This document shows, piece by piece, positions 20,249 to 29,983 of a stretch of 64,000 nt of DNA. How positions within the stretch are numbered: position 1 is the stretch's first letter; each line of letters opens with the position of its first letter. The position numbers and the translations under genes are program-made. The stretch is from Alphaproteobacteria bacterium (lineage in GTDB: Bacteria > Pseudomonadota > Alphaproteobacteria > JAAXGF01), in contig CAUVXB020000001.1 of the NCBI GenBank assembly GCA_963555825.3, positions 992,001-1,056,000 on the forward strand, read 5' to 3'. Below the pieces are notes generated by a model. That model was given only the letters and a program-made list of their open reading frames with translations. It did no database searches and was not told the origin of the DNA.

Positions 20249-23200
20249 TCAGACTTCGTGAACCGCAGCAACCCCGGGAAGCACCTTGATGGCCATGCAG
20301 ACGGCCGGTGAGACCTTATAGCCGCCTGGCAGCTCGACCTCGACTTCGCGGTCGTCGAGTTCGACCATGACGCGGACGTGCCCGCCTCCCCGCCCGGCTT
20401 CCGAAAGCGCCGCGTGCAGACGGCGTAACGCCGCCTCACCGGCAAGATGGACCGTCAAGCCCGTATCGCCGTTCTGCACGACGTCGTCGAGCGCTTGCAG
20501 CGTGCGGGCGGTGACGCGCAGGATGTCGCCGTCGAGCCTCAACTCGGCCGGGACGAATAGCGGCCGGCCGGCCTCGAGCAGCTCGCGGCCGGCCGACAGG
20601 ACTTCGGCGAACACGGCGACCTCGACGGCGCCGGTCTGGTCCGACAACTGGATGAAGGCGAACCGGCTGCCACGCGACGAGCGCCGTTCCTGCTTGTCGA
20701 CGACGACGCCCGCGAGGTTGACCTGCGGCCCGCCGCTGGCCGCCATGCGGGCTTCGAGTTCGGCGATCGGCGTCACGCCCGCACGGGTGAGCCGTGGGCC
20801 GTAGGCGTCGAGCGGATGCGCCGACAGATAGAAGCCGATCGCGTCACGTTCCTGTTGCAGGCGGTCCATCGGCGCCCAATCGTCGGCGTCGGGCAGATCG
20901 GGCGACGGCGTCGCGTCGGCGGCGTAGCCTTCGCCGAACATGTTGGTCTGGCTCGAGGCGCGCTCGATGACGGCGGCATTGGCGTAACGCATCAGTGTTT
21001 CGACCGCGTTGAAGACGCGGGCCCGGTTCGGCTCCAAGCCGTCGAACACGCCCGCGCGGGCGAGGTTTTCGAGCTGACGTTTGTTGATGACGCGCGGATC
21101 GACACGCTCGGCCAGATCGAACAGGTCCTTGTAGGGTCCCTTTGCGTCGCGCTCGTCGACCAGCGAGGCCATCGCCTGGGCACCGACGTTCTTGACCGCC
21201 GCCAGGGCGTACCGAATCGCCCCCTTTCCGGCGCTATCCAGGGCGACCGTGAATTCGACGCCCGAATGATTGATGTCGGGCGGCAACAGCGCGATGCCAA
21301 GGCGCGCGAGTTCGCGATGGAAGGTATTGATCTTATCGGTGTTGCCCAGTTCCAGGCTCATCGAAGCGGCGAAGAATTCGAGCGGATAGTTGGCTTTGAC
21401 GTAGGCCGTCTGATAGGCGACCAGCGCGTAGGCCGCGGCGTGGCTCTTGTTGAAGCCGTAGCCGGCGAACTTGGCGACGAGGTCGAAGATATGGGCCGCC
21501 TGGCGCGTCGACACACCGCGCTCGACCGCGCCGGAGATGAAGGTCTCGCGCTGAGCGTCCATCTCCGACTTGATCTTCTTGCCCATGGCGCGGCGCAGCA
21601 GATCGGCGCCGCCCAGGCTGTAGCCCGACAGGACCCGCGCGATCTCCATCACCTGTTCCTGATAGATGATGACGCCCGACGTCTCCTTGAGAATGCCCTC
21701 GAGCGACGGGTGCAGGTAGTCGGGCACCTCCTCGCCGTGCCGGCAGGCGATGTAGCGTGGGATGTTGTCCATCGGTCCCGGCCGGTAGAGCGCGACCAAG
21801 GCGATGATGTCCTCGAAGCTGTCGGGCCGAAGACGGCGCAGCACATCGCGCATGCCAGAACCTTCGAGCTGGAACACGCCGACCGTGTCGCCGCGGCTCA
21901 GCATCTCGTAGCTGGCGGTGTTGTCGAGCGGAATCGTAGCAAGATTGAGCTTAATCCCGCGCTTTTCGAGATGCAGTCGCGCGCGCTCCAACACGGTCAA
22001 GGTCTTGAGCCCGAGGAAATCGAATTTGACCAGCCCCGATTTCTCGGCGTCGCCCATGGCGAACTGGGTCACCGGCATATCGGAGCGCGGGTCGCGGTAG
22101 AGTGGCACCAGCTCGTCGAGCGGTCGGTCGGCAATGACCACGCCCGCGGCATGGGTCGAGGCATGCCGATTGAGGCCCTCGAGCTTCTGGGCGACGTCGA
22201 TGAGCTGCGCGACGTTCTCGTCGGCGACGCGTTCCGCCTCGAGCCGCGGCTCGGCGGCGAGAGCCTGAGCGAGCGTCAAGGGGTTCGCCGGGTTGTTGGG
22301 CACCAGCTTGCAAATCCGGTCGACCAGACCGTAAGGCATCTCGTTCACGCGACCGACGTCGCGCAGCGCGGCGCGCGCGCGCAAGGTACCGAATGTAATG
22401 ATCTGCGCCACCTGATCACGGCCGTATTTTTCCTGCACGTGGCGGATTACCTCGTCGCGACGCTCTTCGCAGAAGTCGATGTCGAAGTCGGGCATCGAGA
22501 CGCGTTCGGGATTGAGGAAGCGTTCGAACAGGAGGCCGAAGCGCAGCGGGTCGAGGTCGGTGATGGTGAGCGACCAGGCGACGACCGAGCCGGCGCCCGA
22601 GCCACGCCCGGGACCGACCGGAATGCCCTGCGCCTTGGACCATCGGACGAACTCGGCAACGATCAGGAAATAGCCCTGGTAGTTCATGCCGATGATGACC
22701 TCGAGCTCGAACTCGAGCCGTTCGCGGTAGGGCGTCGCCGCCGCGCCCTCGATGCCGCCCGACGCGAGACGACCATCGAGACCCTTGCGCGCAATGTCGC
22801 GCAGCTCGTCCGCCTCGCTCTCGTGTCCGGCGCTGACCGGGAAGGCCGGCAGGAAGGGCTCGCGCCTGGGGGTGCGAACCGCGCAGCGCTGCGCGATGAC
22901 CAGCGTGTTGTCGATCGCCTCGGGCAGATCGGCGAACAGCGCGCGCATCTCGGCCGCCGACTTAAAACGGTGCTCGGGCGTCAAGCGCCGGCGGTCGTCG
23001 CGGCTCACCGTCGTGCTCTCGGCGATGCACAAAAGGGCGTCTTGGGCGCTGAACATGCCGGCGTCGGAGAAGAAGACATCGTTGGTCGCGACGAGCGGCA
23101 GATCGTGGCCGTAGGCGAGGTCGACCAGCGCCGGCTCGATGCGCCGTTCGTCGTCGAGACCGTGGCGCACCAGCTCGACGTAAAGCCGCCCAGGAAACAG

Positions 23201-23698
23201 TGCCTTGAGCCGCGTCAACGCGGCCTCGGCCTGTGCCGCCTGACCATCGACCAGAAGTCGGCCGACCGGCCCGCCCGGGCCACCGCTCAACACGATCAGG
23301 CCGTCAGCATGACGCGCCAGATCGCCCCAGCCCACTTGCGGCACTTCTCCCGCATCGACATCGAGGAAGGCATGGCTCGAGAGCTTGACCAGATTGCCGT
23401 ACCCGCTCTCATTGGCGGCCAGCACGATCAGCCGGTCGGGCGGCGGCGCGTGGCCGTTGTGGCTGCCGCCATCCTCGCGTCGGAGCGGCAACAGGCAGCC
23501 GACGATCGGCTGCACGCCGCCCCCACAGCAAGCGTCCGAGAATTGCATGGCGCCGAACAGGTTGGCGGTATCGGTAATCGCCACGGCGGGCATGCGATTG
23601 TCGCGGCATAAGCCGACCAGATCGTCGATCTTCAACGCCCCCTCGGACAGCGAGAAGGTCGTGTGGACGCGGAGATGGACGAATTCGGCGTGGTTCAT
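20249..23698 (-). CDS. dnaE: DNA polymerase III subunit alpha
   Basis: FVHLRVHT (PHP domain), GPGRGSGAGS, SMPDFDIDF, KFDFLGL, YGFNKSH. Confidence 0.97.
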   Translation of the reverse strand: MNHAEFVHLRVHTTFSLSEGALKIDDLVGLCRDNRMPAVAITDTANLFGAMQFSDACCGGGVQPIVGCLLPLRREDGGSHNGHAPPPDRLIVLAANESGYGNLVKLSSHAFLDVDAGEVPQVGWGDLARHADGLIVLSGGPGGPVGRLLVDGQAAQAEAALTRLKALFPGRLYVELVRHGLDDERRIEPALVDLAYGHDLPLVATNDVFFSDAGMFSAQDALLCIAESTTVSRDDRRRLTPEHRFKSAAEMRALFADLPEAIDNTLVIAQRCAVRTPRREPFLPAFPVSAGHESEADELRDIARKGLDGRLASGGIEGAAATPYRERLEFELEVIIGMNYQGYFLIVAEFVRWSKAQGIPVGPGRGSGAGSVVAWSLTITDLDPLRFGLLFERFLNPERVSMPDFDIDFCEERRDEVIRHVQEKYGRDQVAQIITFGTLRARAALRDVGRVNEMPYGLVDRICKLVPNNPANPLTLAQALAAEPRLEAERVADENVAQLIDVAQKLEGLNRHASTHAAGVVIADRPLDELVPLYRDPRSDMPVTQFAMGDAEKSGLVKFDFLGLKTLTVLERARLHLEKRGIKLNLATIPLDNTASYEMLSRGDTVGVFQLEGSGMRDVLRRLRPDSFEDIIALVALYRPGPMDNIPRYIACRHGEEVPDYLHPSLEGILKETSGVIIYQEQVMEIARVLSGYSLGGADLLRRAMGKKIKSEMDAQRETFISGAVERGVSTRQAAHIFDLVAKFAGYGFNKSHAAAYALVAYQTAYVKANYPLEFFAASMSLELGNTDKINTFHRELARLGIALLPPDINHSGVEFTVALDSAGKGAIRYALAAVKNVGAQAMASLVDERDAKGPYKDLFDLAERVDPRVINKRQLENLARAGVFDGLEPNRARVFNAVETLMRYANAAVIERASSQTNMFGEGYAADATPSPDLPDADDWAPMDRLQQERDAIGFYLSAHPLDAYGPRLTRAGVTPIAELEARMAASGGPQVNLAGVVVDKQERRSSRGSRFAFIQLSDQTGAVEVAVFAEVLSAGRELLEAGRPLFVPAELRLDGDILRVTARTLQALDDVVQNGDTGLTVHLAGEAALRRLHAALSEAGRGGGHVRVMVELDDREVEVELPGGYKVSPAVCMAIKVLPGVAAVHEV

Positions 23699-23777
23699 GT
23701 TCAGCGCGGCGGTCGCTCAGGTGACACGCCCAAGATCGCACAAGCCACCCTTCCTGTCAGCGCGAACAGGCCGGCAA

Positions 23778-23825
23778 CATGTCGTGGAAAACCGATTCTT
23801 CGCCACAGCATGTTGTGGATAACCG
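23778..23825 (-). promoter_or_regulatory. DnaA boxes within a 17-bp direct repeat upstream of dnaE
   Basis: TGTGGATAA at 23814-23822 (reverse complement TTATCCACA) and CGTGGAAAA at 23783-23791 (reverse complement TTTTCCACG), 31 bp apart. Confidence 0.65.
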
Positions 23826-23830
23826 GCGTT

Positions 23831-24511
23831 CTAGCGGGCCGCGACGACGCCGTCCTCGATCTCGAGCAAACGATCCATTCGCTCGGCGAGGAGCGGGTTG
23901 TGGGTCGCGATCAGCGCGGCGAGGCCGGTTTGGCGGACCAGCCCGAGCAGTTCGTCGAAGACCGCTTCGGCGGTCGCCGGGTCGAGGTTGCCAGTCGGCT
24001 CGTCGGCGAGCAGGACGGCCGGCCGATTGGCCATCGCCCGGGCGATGGCGACGCGCTGCTGCTCGCCGCCCGACAGCTGCCCCGGGCGATGATCGGCGCG
24101 CGGCTCGATGCCGAGGCGGGCGAGCAGCTCGCGCGCGCGGTCGCGGGCCGCGGCACGGCCGACGCCGGCGATCATCTGGGGCAGCACGACGTTCTCGAGC
24201 GCCGAGAACTCGGGCAGCAGGTGGTGGAACTGATAGATGAAACCGAGCCGCTCGCGCCGCAGACGGGTGCGCTCACCATCGCCAAGCTTGCCGCAGGGCG
24301 TGCCGCCGATGACGACCTCGCCACCGTCGGGACGCTCCAAGAGGCCGGCGATGTGCAACAGCGTCGACTTGCCGGCGCCCGACGGGCCGACCAAGGCGAC
24401 GATCTCGCCGCCGGCCAGGCTGAGCGACGCGCCGCGCAGCACGTCGAGCCGCGTGGCGCCCTGGGTGAAACTGCGCCGGATGTCGTCGGCGACGAGCGCC
24501 GGCTCATTCAT
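23831..24511 (-). CDS. lolD: lipoprotein-releasing ABC transporter ATPase
   Basis: [35 protein letters not shown]. Confidence 0.93.
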   Translation of the reverse strand: MNEPALVADDIRRSFTQGATRLDVLRGASLSLAGGEIVALVGPSGAGKSTLLHIAGLLERPDGGEVVIGGTPCGKLGDGERTRLRRERLGFIYQFHHLLPEFSALENVVLPQMIAGVGRAAARDRARELLARLGIEPRADHRPGQLSGGEQQRVAIARAMANRPAVLLADEPTGNLDPATAEAVFDELLGLVRQTGLAALIATHNPLLAERMDRLLEIEDGVVAAR

Positions 24512-25751
24512 AGCGCAGCGCCTCGACCGGATCGAGCCGCGCGGCGCGCCACGCCGGGTAGATCGTGGCGAGGAACGAAAGCACTAGCGACATGACCAGC
24601 ACGGTGACCACCTCGGTGGTATCGATGCGCGCCGGCAGCTTCGACAGGAAGTAGATCTCGGCGGCGAACAGCTCGGTGCCGGTAAGGCCCTCGAGCCAGC
24701 GTCGGATGGTCTCGATATTGGCCGAGAAGGCGAGTCCGAGCGCGAAACCCATCAGCGTGCCGACGACGCCGATCGAGGCGCCGGTCAGGAAGAAGATGCG
24801 CATCACCATGCCGCGCGTCGCGCCCATCGTGCGCAGGATCGCGATGTCGCGCCCCTTGTCCTTCACCAGCATGATCAGGCTGGAGATGATGTTGAAAGCC
24901 GCGACCACGATGATCAGCGTCAGGATCATGAACATGACGTTGCGCTCGACCTGGATCGCGTCGAAGAACTGGGCGTTGGCCTGCTGCCAGTCGTGGACCC
25001 GCGCGCGCTGGCCGACGACGGCCATGATCTCGCGTCGCTTGTCGAGCACCAGGTTGGGCTCGTCGACACCGATCTCTATGCCCGAGACCGCCTGACCTAA
25101 GCGGAAATAGACCTGCGCCGCCTCGAGCGGCATGAAGATGAAAGCGTTGTCGTATTCGTACATGCCGACCGAGAACGTGCCGGCGATTTCGTAGGCGCGG
25201 CTGCGCGGCACGGTGCCGAAGGCGGTCGGCATGCCCTCGGGCGACAACAGCGTGATCTTGTCGCCGGGCCCGAGGCCGAGTCGTTCGCCGAGACGGTTGC
25301 CGATTATCACGACGTCGCCCTCGGCAAATTTTTCGAGGGCGCCGGTCGTGATGGTGTCGGCGATCACCTTGCGGCCCGCGAGGTCGTCGGCGCGTAAACC
25401 CCGGATGACGGCGCCAGTGCTCGCGCCGCGCGACGACGAGGCGAGCACCTGGCCATCGACCAGCGGCGTCGCCCAGACGACGCCCTCGATGGCGCGCAAC
25501 TCGTCGGCCAGCGGGTCGAAGTTGTCGAGCCGGCCGCCGAAACCGTAGACTGTGACATGGCCGTTGACGCCGAGTATGCGGCCGAGCAGTTCGTGGCGGA
25601 ATCCGTTCATCACGGCCATGACGATGATCAGCGTGGCGACGCCGAGGGCGATGCCTACGAACGAGAATCCGGCGATGACCGAGACGAAGCCTTGCTGGCG
25701 CCGCGCCCGCAAGTAGCGCCCCGCCACGGTCCATTCGAAAGCGGAGAACAT
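24504..25751 (-). CDS. lolE: lipoprotein-releasing ABC transporter permease LolC/E
   Basis: [34 protein letters not shown]. Confidence 0.92.
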   Translation of the reverse strand: MFSAFEWTVAGRYLRARRQQGFVSVIAGFSFVGIALGVATLIIVMAVMNGFRHELLGRILGVNGHVTVYGFGGRLDNFDPLADELRAIEGVVWATPLVDGQVLASSSRGASTGAVIRGLRADDLAGRKVIADTITTGALEKFAEGDVVIIGNRLGERLGLGPGDKITLLSPEGMPTAFGTVPRSRAYEIAGTFSVGMYEYDNAFIFMPLEAAQVYFRLGQAVSGIEIGVDEPNLVLDKRREIMAVVGQRARVHDWQQANAQFFDAIQVERNVMFMILTLIIVVAAFNIISSLIMLVKDKGRDIAILRTMGATRGMVMRIFFLTGASIGVVGTLMGFALGLAFSANIETIRRWLEGLTGTELFAAEIYFLSKLPARIDTTEVVTVLVMSLVLSFLATIYPAWRAARLDPVEALRYE

Positions 25752-25758
25752 CGCCGCG

Positions 25759-27072
25759 TCAGCCGGTGAGCTTGGCGAGCACCGCTTCGGCCGAGAGCTC
25801 CCGCACCTCGCCGCTCGCCCGGCGCTTGAGCTCGACGACGCCGCCGGCCAGCCCGCGCGGCCCGATCCTGACCTGCCACGGCAGACCGATCAGGTCCATG
25901 GTGGCGAACTTGGCGCCGGCGCGCTCGTCGGTGTCGTCGTACAGCGTTTCGACGCCGGCCGCGGTCAGCTTGGCGTACAAATCCTCGCACGCCGCGTCGC
26001 AGGCCTCGTCGCCGTGCTTCAGATTGATCAGGCCGACGGCAAAAGGCGCGACGCTGTCGGGCCAGACGATGCCGTCGTCGTCGTGGCTCGCCTCGATGAT
26101 CGCGCCGGCCAGGCGCGAAACACCGATACCGTAGGAGCCACCGTGGACGGCCGTCGACGTACCGTCGGGCTTGTCGACGACGCAGCCCATGGGCTCGGCG
26201 TATTTGGTGCCGAAATAGAAGATGTGGCCGACCTCGATGCCCCGGGCGGTGATCAGGTCGCCCTCGGGCACGGGGCAGCTATCGGGATCATGTTTTTCGT
26301 CGGTCGCGGCATAGAGCCTGGTCCAGTCGTCGATGACCGGCTCGAGGTCGGCGTCGTAGTCTATTTCCGCCTCGAGCACGTTGATGTCGTCCCAATCCTT
26401 GTGAAAATACAACGCGCTCTCACCGGTCTCGGCGCGCACCACGAACTCGTGGCTGAGATCGCCGCCGATCGGTCCCGAATCGGCGCGCATGGGGATCGCC
26501 TGGAGGCCCATGCGGGCGTAGGTGCGCAGGTAGGAGACGAACATCTTGTTGTACGAACGCTTGGCGCCCTCGAAGTCGAGGTCGAAAGAATAGGCATCCT
26601 TCATGTAGAACTCGCGGCCGCGCATGACGCCGAAGCGCGGCCTGACCTCGTCACGGAACTTCCACTGGATGTGGTAGAGGTTCTTGGGCAGGTCGCGGTA
26701 GCTCTTGACCGCGTCGCGGAAGATCTCGGTGATCTGTTCCTCGTTGGTCGGCCCATAGAGCATGTCGCGGTCGTGTCGATCGCGAATCCGTAACATCTCG
26801 GGGCCGTAATCGTCGTAGCGTCCACTCTCGCGCCACAGATCGGCCGGCTGGATCGTCGGCATCAGCACTTCGTGGCAACCCGCCCCGTCCATCTCCTCGC
26901 GGACGATCTGCTCGATGCGCTTGAGCACGCGAAAGCCGAGCGGCAGCCATGAGTATATCCCGGCGCTCGACTGGCGGATCATGCCGGCGCGCAGCATCAA
27001 GCGGTGCGAGACGATTTGCGCCTCGGCGGGCGTTTCCTTGATGATCGGCAGGAAGTAACGTGACAGGCGCAT
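25759..27072 (-). CDS. proS: proline--tRNA ligase (short alphaproteobacterial form without editing domain)
   Basis: [44 protein letters not shown]. Confidence 0.96.
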   Translation of the reverse strand: MRLSRYFLPIIKETPAEAQIVSHRLMLRAGMIRQSSAGIYSWLPLGFRVLKRIEQIVREEMDGAGCHEVLMPTIQPADLWRESGRYDDYGPEMLRIRDRHDRDMLYGPTNEEQITEIFRDAVKSYRDLPKNLYHIQWKFRDEVRPRFGVMRGREFYMKDAYSFDLDFEGAKRSYNKMFVSYLRTYARMGLQAIPMRADSGPIGGDLSHEFVVRAETGESALYFHKDWDDINVLEAEIDYDADLEPVIDDWTRLYAATDEKHDPDSCPVPEGDLITARGIEVGHIFYFGTKYAEPMGCVVDKPDGTSTAVHGGSYGIGVSRLAGAIIEASHDDDGIVWPDSVAPFAVGLINLKHGDEACDAACEDLYAKLTAAGVETLYDDTDERAGAKFATMDLIGLPWQVRIGPRGLAGGVVELKRRASGEVRELSAEAVLAKLTG

Positions 27073-27267
27073 CGGCCCCTCTGCGGTCGTCGGCGTGGCG
27101 GGCGGTGACTATATACCAAGGATCAGTGATAAAGGCCCATGTAAATTGCGCCGCCATTTCAGGCCGTTAGCGCCCAGCTCGCGCATGACTGCCATGTCGC
27201 GATACCGCGACTCAGGTGTCGATTGTCGGTGTAGAGTCGCCGTCATCACATCGGTCAACGACAACAC

Positions 27268-28227
27268 ATGAACTCGGCCACATCATCCGCCGTCGCGGCG
27301 CGAGGCGCATCGGCGAACGTCAGGGGCATTGGCTGGATGCTCGTCACCGGCTTCTTCTTCGTCGGGGTGACGGGCATCGTCCGTCATCTCGGCACCGACA
27401 TGGCGCCGGTGCAGGCGGCGTTCCTGCGCTACGTCATCGGCCTCGCCATGATTTTGCCCCTGCTGTTTCGCGCGGCGCGCACGCCGATCGTCTCGAAACG
27501 CATGGGCATGCACGCGGTACGCGGCCTCGTGCACGGCACCGGCGTCATGCTGTGGTTTTACGCCATGGCGCGCATCCCGATCGCCGAGGTCACGGCGCTC
27601 GGCTTCACCGCGCCGATCTTGACCACCGTGGGCGCGGCGCTGTTCCTGGGCGAGCGGTTGCAGATACGGCGCATCGGCGCCGTGCTGGTCGCCTTCGGCG
27701 GCGCGATGGTCATCCTGCGCCCGGGCGTCGAGGCGATCCAAATTGGCGCGCTCGCACAGCTCGCCGCGGCGCCGCTGTTCGCCGCCTCGTTCCTCTTGGC
27801 GAAGAAGCTGACCGAGACCGAATCGAGCGCGTCGATCGTCGCCTACCTCTCGGTCTTCGTGACGATCGCGCTGTTGCCCCCGGCGCTGATGGTGTGGCGC
27901 ACGCCGACCTGGGAGGAGCTCGGCTGGCTGAGCGTCGTTGCGGCGCTCGCGACGGCGGGCCATTTCACTTTGACGCTGGCCTTCAAGGCGACCGAGATCA
28001 CGGTGACCCAGCCGTTCTCGTTCCTCCAGCTTGTCTGGGCGACGATGCTCGGCTTTTACGCGTTCGGCGAGCAACCCGACGCCTGGACGATCATCGGCGG
28101 CGCACTGATCGTCGGCAGCGCGACCTACATCGCGCACCGCGAAACGCGCCGCACCGGCCGCGCCACGCCGAAGGCGGTGCAAGGCCTGCTCGACAGCGCC
28201 GACGGTGGGGCGAGACCGCCTGCCTAG
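27268..28227 (+). CDS. DMT/EamA family transporter
   Basis: About 10 TM segments in two EamA repeats; LFLGE and FGE motifs. Confidence 0.88.
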   Translation: MNSATSSAVAARGASANVRGIGWMLVTGFFFVGVTGIVRHLGTDMAPVQAAFLRYVIGLAMILPLLFRAARTPIVSKRMGMHAVRGLVHGTGVMLWFYAMARIPIAEVTALGFTAPILTTVGAALFLGERLQIRRIGAVLVAFGGAMVILRPGVEAIQIGALAQLAAAPLFAASFLLAKKLTETESSASIVAYLSVFVTIALLPPALMVWRTPTWEELGWLSVVAALATAGHFTLTLAFKATEITVTQPFSFLQLVWATMLGFYAFGEQPDAWTIIGGALIVGSATYIAHRETRRTGRATPKAVQGLLDSADGGARPPA

Positions 28228-28294
28228 GGCCAGTGAATTCCGAGCGGACTGGCGTCCATTCCACGAACCAGTCAAAGTCTTACGATGATCGCGA

Positions 28295-29569
28295 GTGACG
28301 ATGCCAGCAAGCACGCCTGAGCCCGGCCGCGCGGCGACGGGTCTTGGCCGCGTGCCATTGATCGGCTCGATCGTCACAAATCCGGCGTTCCGCGACGCCG
28401 ACTTCCGCCGTCTGTCGTACGGCGTGGCATTAAACAGCGCGGGCATGAGCGGCGAGCATGTCGTGCTCGGCATACTGGTTTTCCAGGCCACGCAGTCGAC
28501 TTTCTGGGTCGGCATCACGCTGGCGCTTTACAACTTTCCGATGCTGATTTTCGGCCTGTTATCGGGCGCCGTCGCCGACTGGCTCGACCGGCGGACCGTG
28601 CTGCGCTGCCTCGAGGCCGGCATCGCCGCGACGCAAACCCTGTTTGCAGCGTTGATCGCGCTTGGCGTCGACGACCTCTGGCTGATCCTGGCGTTCACTG
28701 CGTCGGTCGGCAGCCTGCGCGCCATGAGCCACCCGGTGCGTACAAGCTACGCCTATGACATCGTCGGCGGCGACCATATCGTCGCCGGTCTCGGCGCCCT
28801 CAATCTCGCGACGCGCTTTGGGCAACTGACAGGCGCCCTGGTGGCCGGCGCCGTGATGCAAGGCATCGGCGCGCCGGCGGCGATCCTGCTCATGGCCGGC
28901 GGCCATGTCGGGGCGTACGCCGTGTTCGCGCGGCTCCGCTCGGTCGGGCACGCCGCGCCGCTCGAGAGAGCGCCGATCCTGCAGAACCTGCGCGAATACC
29001 GCGACGAGATGCGCGCTAACAGGATACTGCTCGTGCTGCTGGTGATTACCGCGGCCGTCGAAATATTCGGCTTCTCCTTTTCGACGGCCTTGCCGGAACT
29101 GGCGACCGCGCGATTTGCCGTCGGCGCCGAAGGCCTGGGCTACATGCACGCCGCACGGGCGGTCGGCGGCATCCTCGCCGGCCTCGTGCTCGCCGGCATG
29201 GGCGGCCTGCGCCGACGCGGCGCGGTCTTCCTGGTGGTGATCTATGCCTTCGGCGCGAGTCTCTTGCTGGTCGCGGTCGCGGACCAGTTCGTGTTGGCGC
29301 TTGCGGCGCTCGTCGTCGTCGCGGTGCTGGCGACCGCCTCGGACGTGCTGACCCAGAGCATGATGCAGCTCAGCGTGCCCAATGCGCTGCGCGGCCGGGC
29401 GATGGGTTCCTGGGTCTTCGCGATCGGCTCGGCGCCGCTCGGTCACCTGATGATGGGCGGCCTCGCCGTCACCTTCGGTGTCGGCGTCGCGCTCGGCATC
29501 AACGGCACCCTCTTAATCGGCGTCGGGCTGCTCGCGACCTTCGTGGCGCCCCGCTTGCGTCGGCTCTAA
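28295..29569 (+). CDS. MFS transporter
   Basis: About 12 TM segments; motif A GAVADWLDRR; Q..VPNALRGR. The start could instead be ATG 28301. Confidence 0.88.
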   Translation: MTMPASTPEPGRAATGLGRVPLIGSIVTNPAFRDADFRRLSYGVALNSAGMSGEHVVLGILVFQATQSTFWVGITLALYNFPMLIFGLLSGAVADWLDRRTVLRCLEAGIAATQTLFAALIALGVDDLWLILAFTASVGSLRAMSHPVRTSYAYDIVGGDHIVAGLGALNLATRFGQLTGALVAGAVMQGIGAPAAILLMAGGHVGAYAVFARLRSVGHAAPLERAPILQNLREYRDEMRANRILLVLLVITAAVEIFGFSFSTALPELATARFAVGAEGLGYMHAARAVGGILAGLVLAGMGGLRRRGAVFLVVIYAFGASLLLVAVADQFVLALAALVVVAVLATASDVLTQSMMQLSVPNALRGRAMGSWVFAIGSAPLGHLMMGGLAVTFGVGVALGINGTLLIGVGLLATFVAPRLRRL

Positions 29570-29579
29570 GCCCCCTCGC

Positions 29580-29983
29580 CTACTTGTCGTGGAAGATGTA
29601 GCCGAGGAAGTTGAGCAGGAGCTGGGCGGCGAGGAAGGCGGTGGTGCCGTCGCGGTCGTAGTCGGGCGCGACCTCGACCAGGTCGATGCCGACCACCTCG
29701 CCCTTGTGCGTCAGGCCCTGGAGGATCTCGAGCACCTCGTAGTAGAGGAAGCCGCCGTGGCTCGGCGTGCCGGTGCCCGGCGCGATCGACGGATCGAAGC
29801 CGTCGATGTCGATGGTGCAGTAGTAGCGCACGCCGTCGGGAATGCGCGCCAGCGTGCCCTCGGTGCCGAGCTTGCGGACCTGGCGCACCGACAGGATGTC
29901 GGAGCCCGCAGCGCGCGCCGCCGCGTAGTCCGACTTGTTCGACGACGAGACGTAGCGGATGCCGAGTTGCGAGAAGCCTGTGA
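29580..29983 (-). pseudogene. agmatinase/ureohydrolase-family gene, 3' part (split by IS630)
   Basis: Reads TGFSQLGIR...YCTIDIDGFDPSIAPGTGTP..GG...IDLVEVAPDYD, stop at 29580; in frame with the 5' part once the IS and one TGA copy are removed. Confidence 0.92.

Noticed and set aside
20816-23611. 931-aa plus-strand ORF, and similar long shadows over nuoL, tig, gltA and comEC
   Set aside because: Fully antisense to well-conserved genes; a typical high-GC artefact.
23699-23830. Replication origin at the DnaA-box cluster
   Set aside because: The spacer is only 132 bp, has no AT-rich unwinding element, has no oriC-associated neighbours, and gene strand bias does not switch here.
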